From positions 620,001 to 684,000 of the forward strand of contig JASVEC010000012.1 of the NCBI GenBank assembly GCA_030770535.1: a DNA stretch of 64,000 nucleotides, in the 5' to 3' direction. The notes beneath the pieces are model-generated. The model saw only the letters and a program-made list of their open reading frames with translations. It had not been told where the DNA came from and made no database searches. The position numbers and the translations under genes are program-made. The DNA is from Batkoa obscura. Taxonomy: Eukaryota. Positions 63,487 to 64,000 of this stretch are shown piece after piece. The first letter of the stretch is position 1, and every line of letters begins with the position of its first letter.

Positions 63487-64000
63487 TTACTCTTTACTTT
63501 TTTTAATCTCTTTCTTATTGTTTGCTTGATCCTTGTTTGATTTATTACTGTGACTCATCGCTAATTGTGATAAGCTAGATTGTAAAGCAGCTAATGGGGA
63601 TTGAGTAATCCCAATGGAACCTATTGGTGAAGCAGCTACTCTAGGTTTCATCAATTTACGTGTATTATTAATTGTAAATGGTGAATCATAAGTTGTAAAT
63701 GGGGAATTCGAGTGATTATTAACCACTTTAAAGTTACTAGCCGTAATTAATGGGGAAGTGTCATTGATCTGTGGACCTGTAGCTAAGATATTTGGATGAT
63801 ACAATCTAATTGGATTGAATTTTGTTATGATTTCATTATCTCCATCTTTAATAAGATTATTGTCCCATTCCCATGGAACAAATTCATTTTCGTCCGCTGT
63901 ATTGTTTTTGATATCAGAAGAATAATTTGATTTAGCTTCAAAGGGAAATAACCTTTTGATTCGTGGATCATTAATTGCAGTTTTAGTTAACTTGGGATAG
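63487..64000 (-). CDS. 3' end of an unidentified protein-coding gene (extends beyond the window)
   Basis: Frame open from the window edge: ...RIKRLFPFE...EFVPWEWDNNL...NPIRLYHPNILATGP... to the stop at 63487; no family recognised. Confidence 0.55.
   Translation of the reverse strand, partial: YPKLTKTAINDPRIKRLFPFEAKSNYSSDIKNNTADENEFVPWEWDNNLIKDGDNEIITKFNPIRLYHPNILATGPQINDTSPLITASNFKVVNNHSNSPFTTYDSPFTINNTRKLMKPRVAASPIGSIGITQSPLAALQSSLSQLAMSHSNKSNKDQANNKKEIKKSKE

Overview
AT-rich eukaryotic genomic DNA with many short (mostly about 45-60 bp) GT-AG introns. Gene content and intron style suggest an early-diverging fungus, possibly Zoopagomycota/Entomophthoromycotina (inference). About 20 protein-coding genes can be assembled by hand: an ABCC transporter 5' end, SET1, TRM9, a large chromatin-reader/amino-methyltransferase fusion, NoxR, an MFS transporter, a 7TM receptor-like protein, UPF3, an F-box/WD40/UIM protein, an ABCG transporter, eIF3i, a flavin reductase, a GET2-like protein, a small secreted Cys-rich protein, a giant BAR-domain protein, a probable pseudokinase, casein kinase I, SKP1, Ap4A phosphorylase and an unidentified 3' gene end. 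There is also a tRNA-Ile(AAT) and a DUF4419-like pseudogene. The first highlight is that six separate ORFs at 7877-13406 (-) splice into one protein of roughly 1,700 aa: AT-hooks, Tudor/chromo-like barrel, ZZ, ePHD, split ZZ, GATA finger, an N6A/N4C-type methyltransferase (NFLGRGT...SHPPY) and a second degenerate methyltransferase copy. It lies directly beside TRM9 and SET1. The second highlight is a full-length 2,863-bp Sola2-like DNA transposon (perfect 22-bp TIRs, ATAT TSD, doubly frameshifted DDD transposase), a truncated second copy, and ten copies of a related ~97-bp MITE. All alignments and exon joins were done by eye; no database searches were run.
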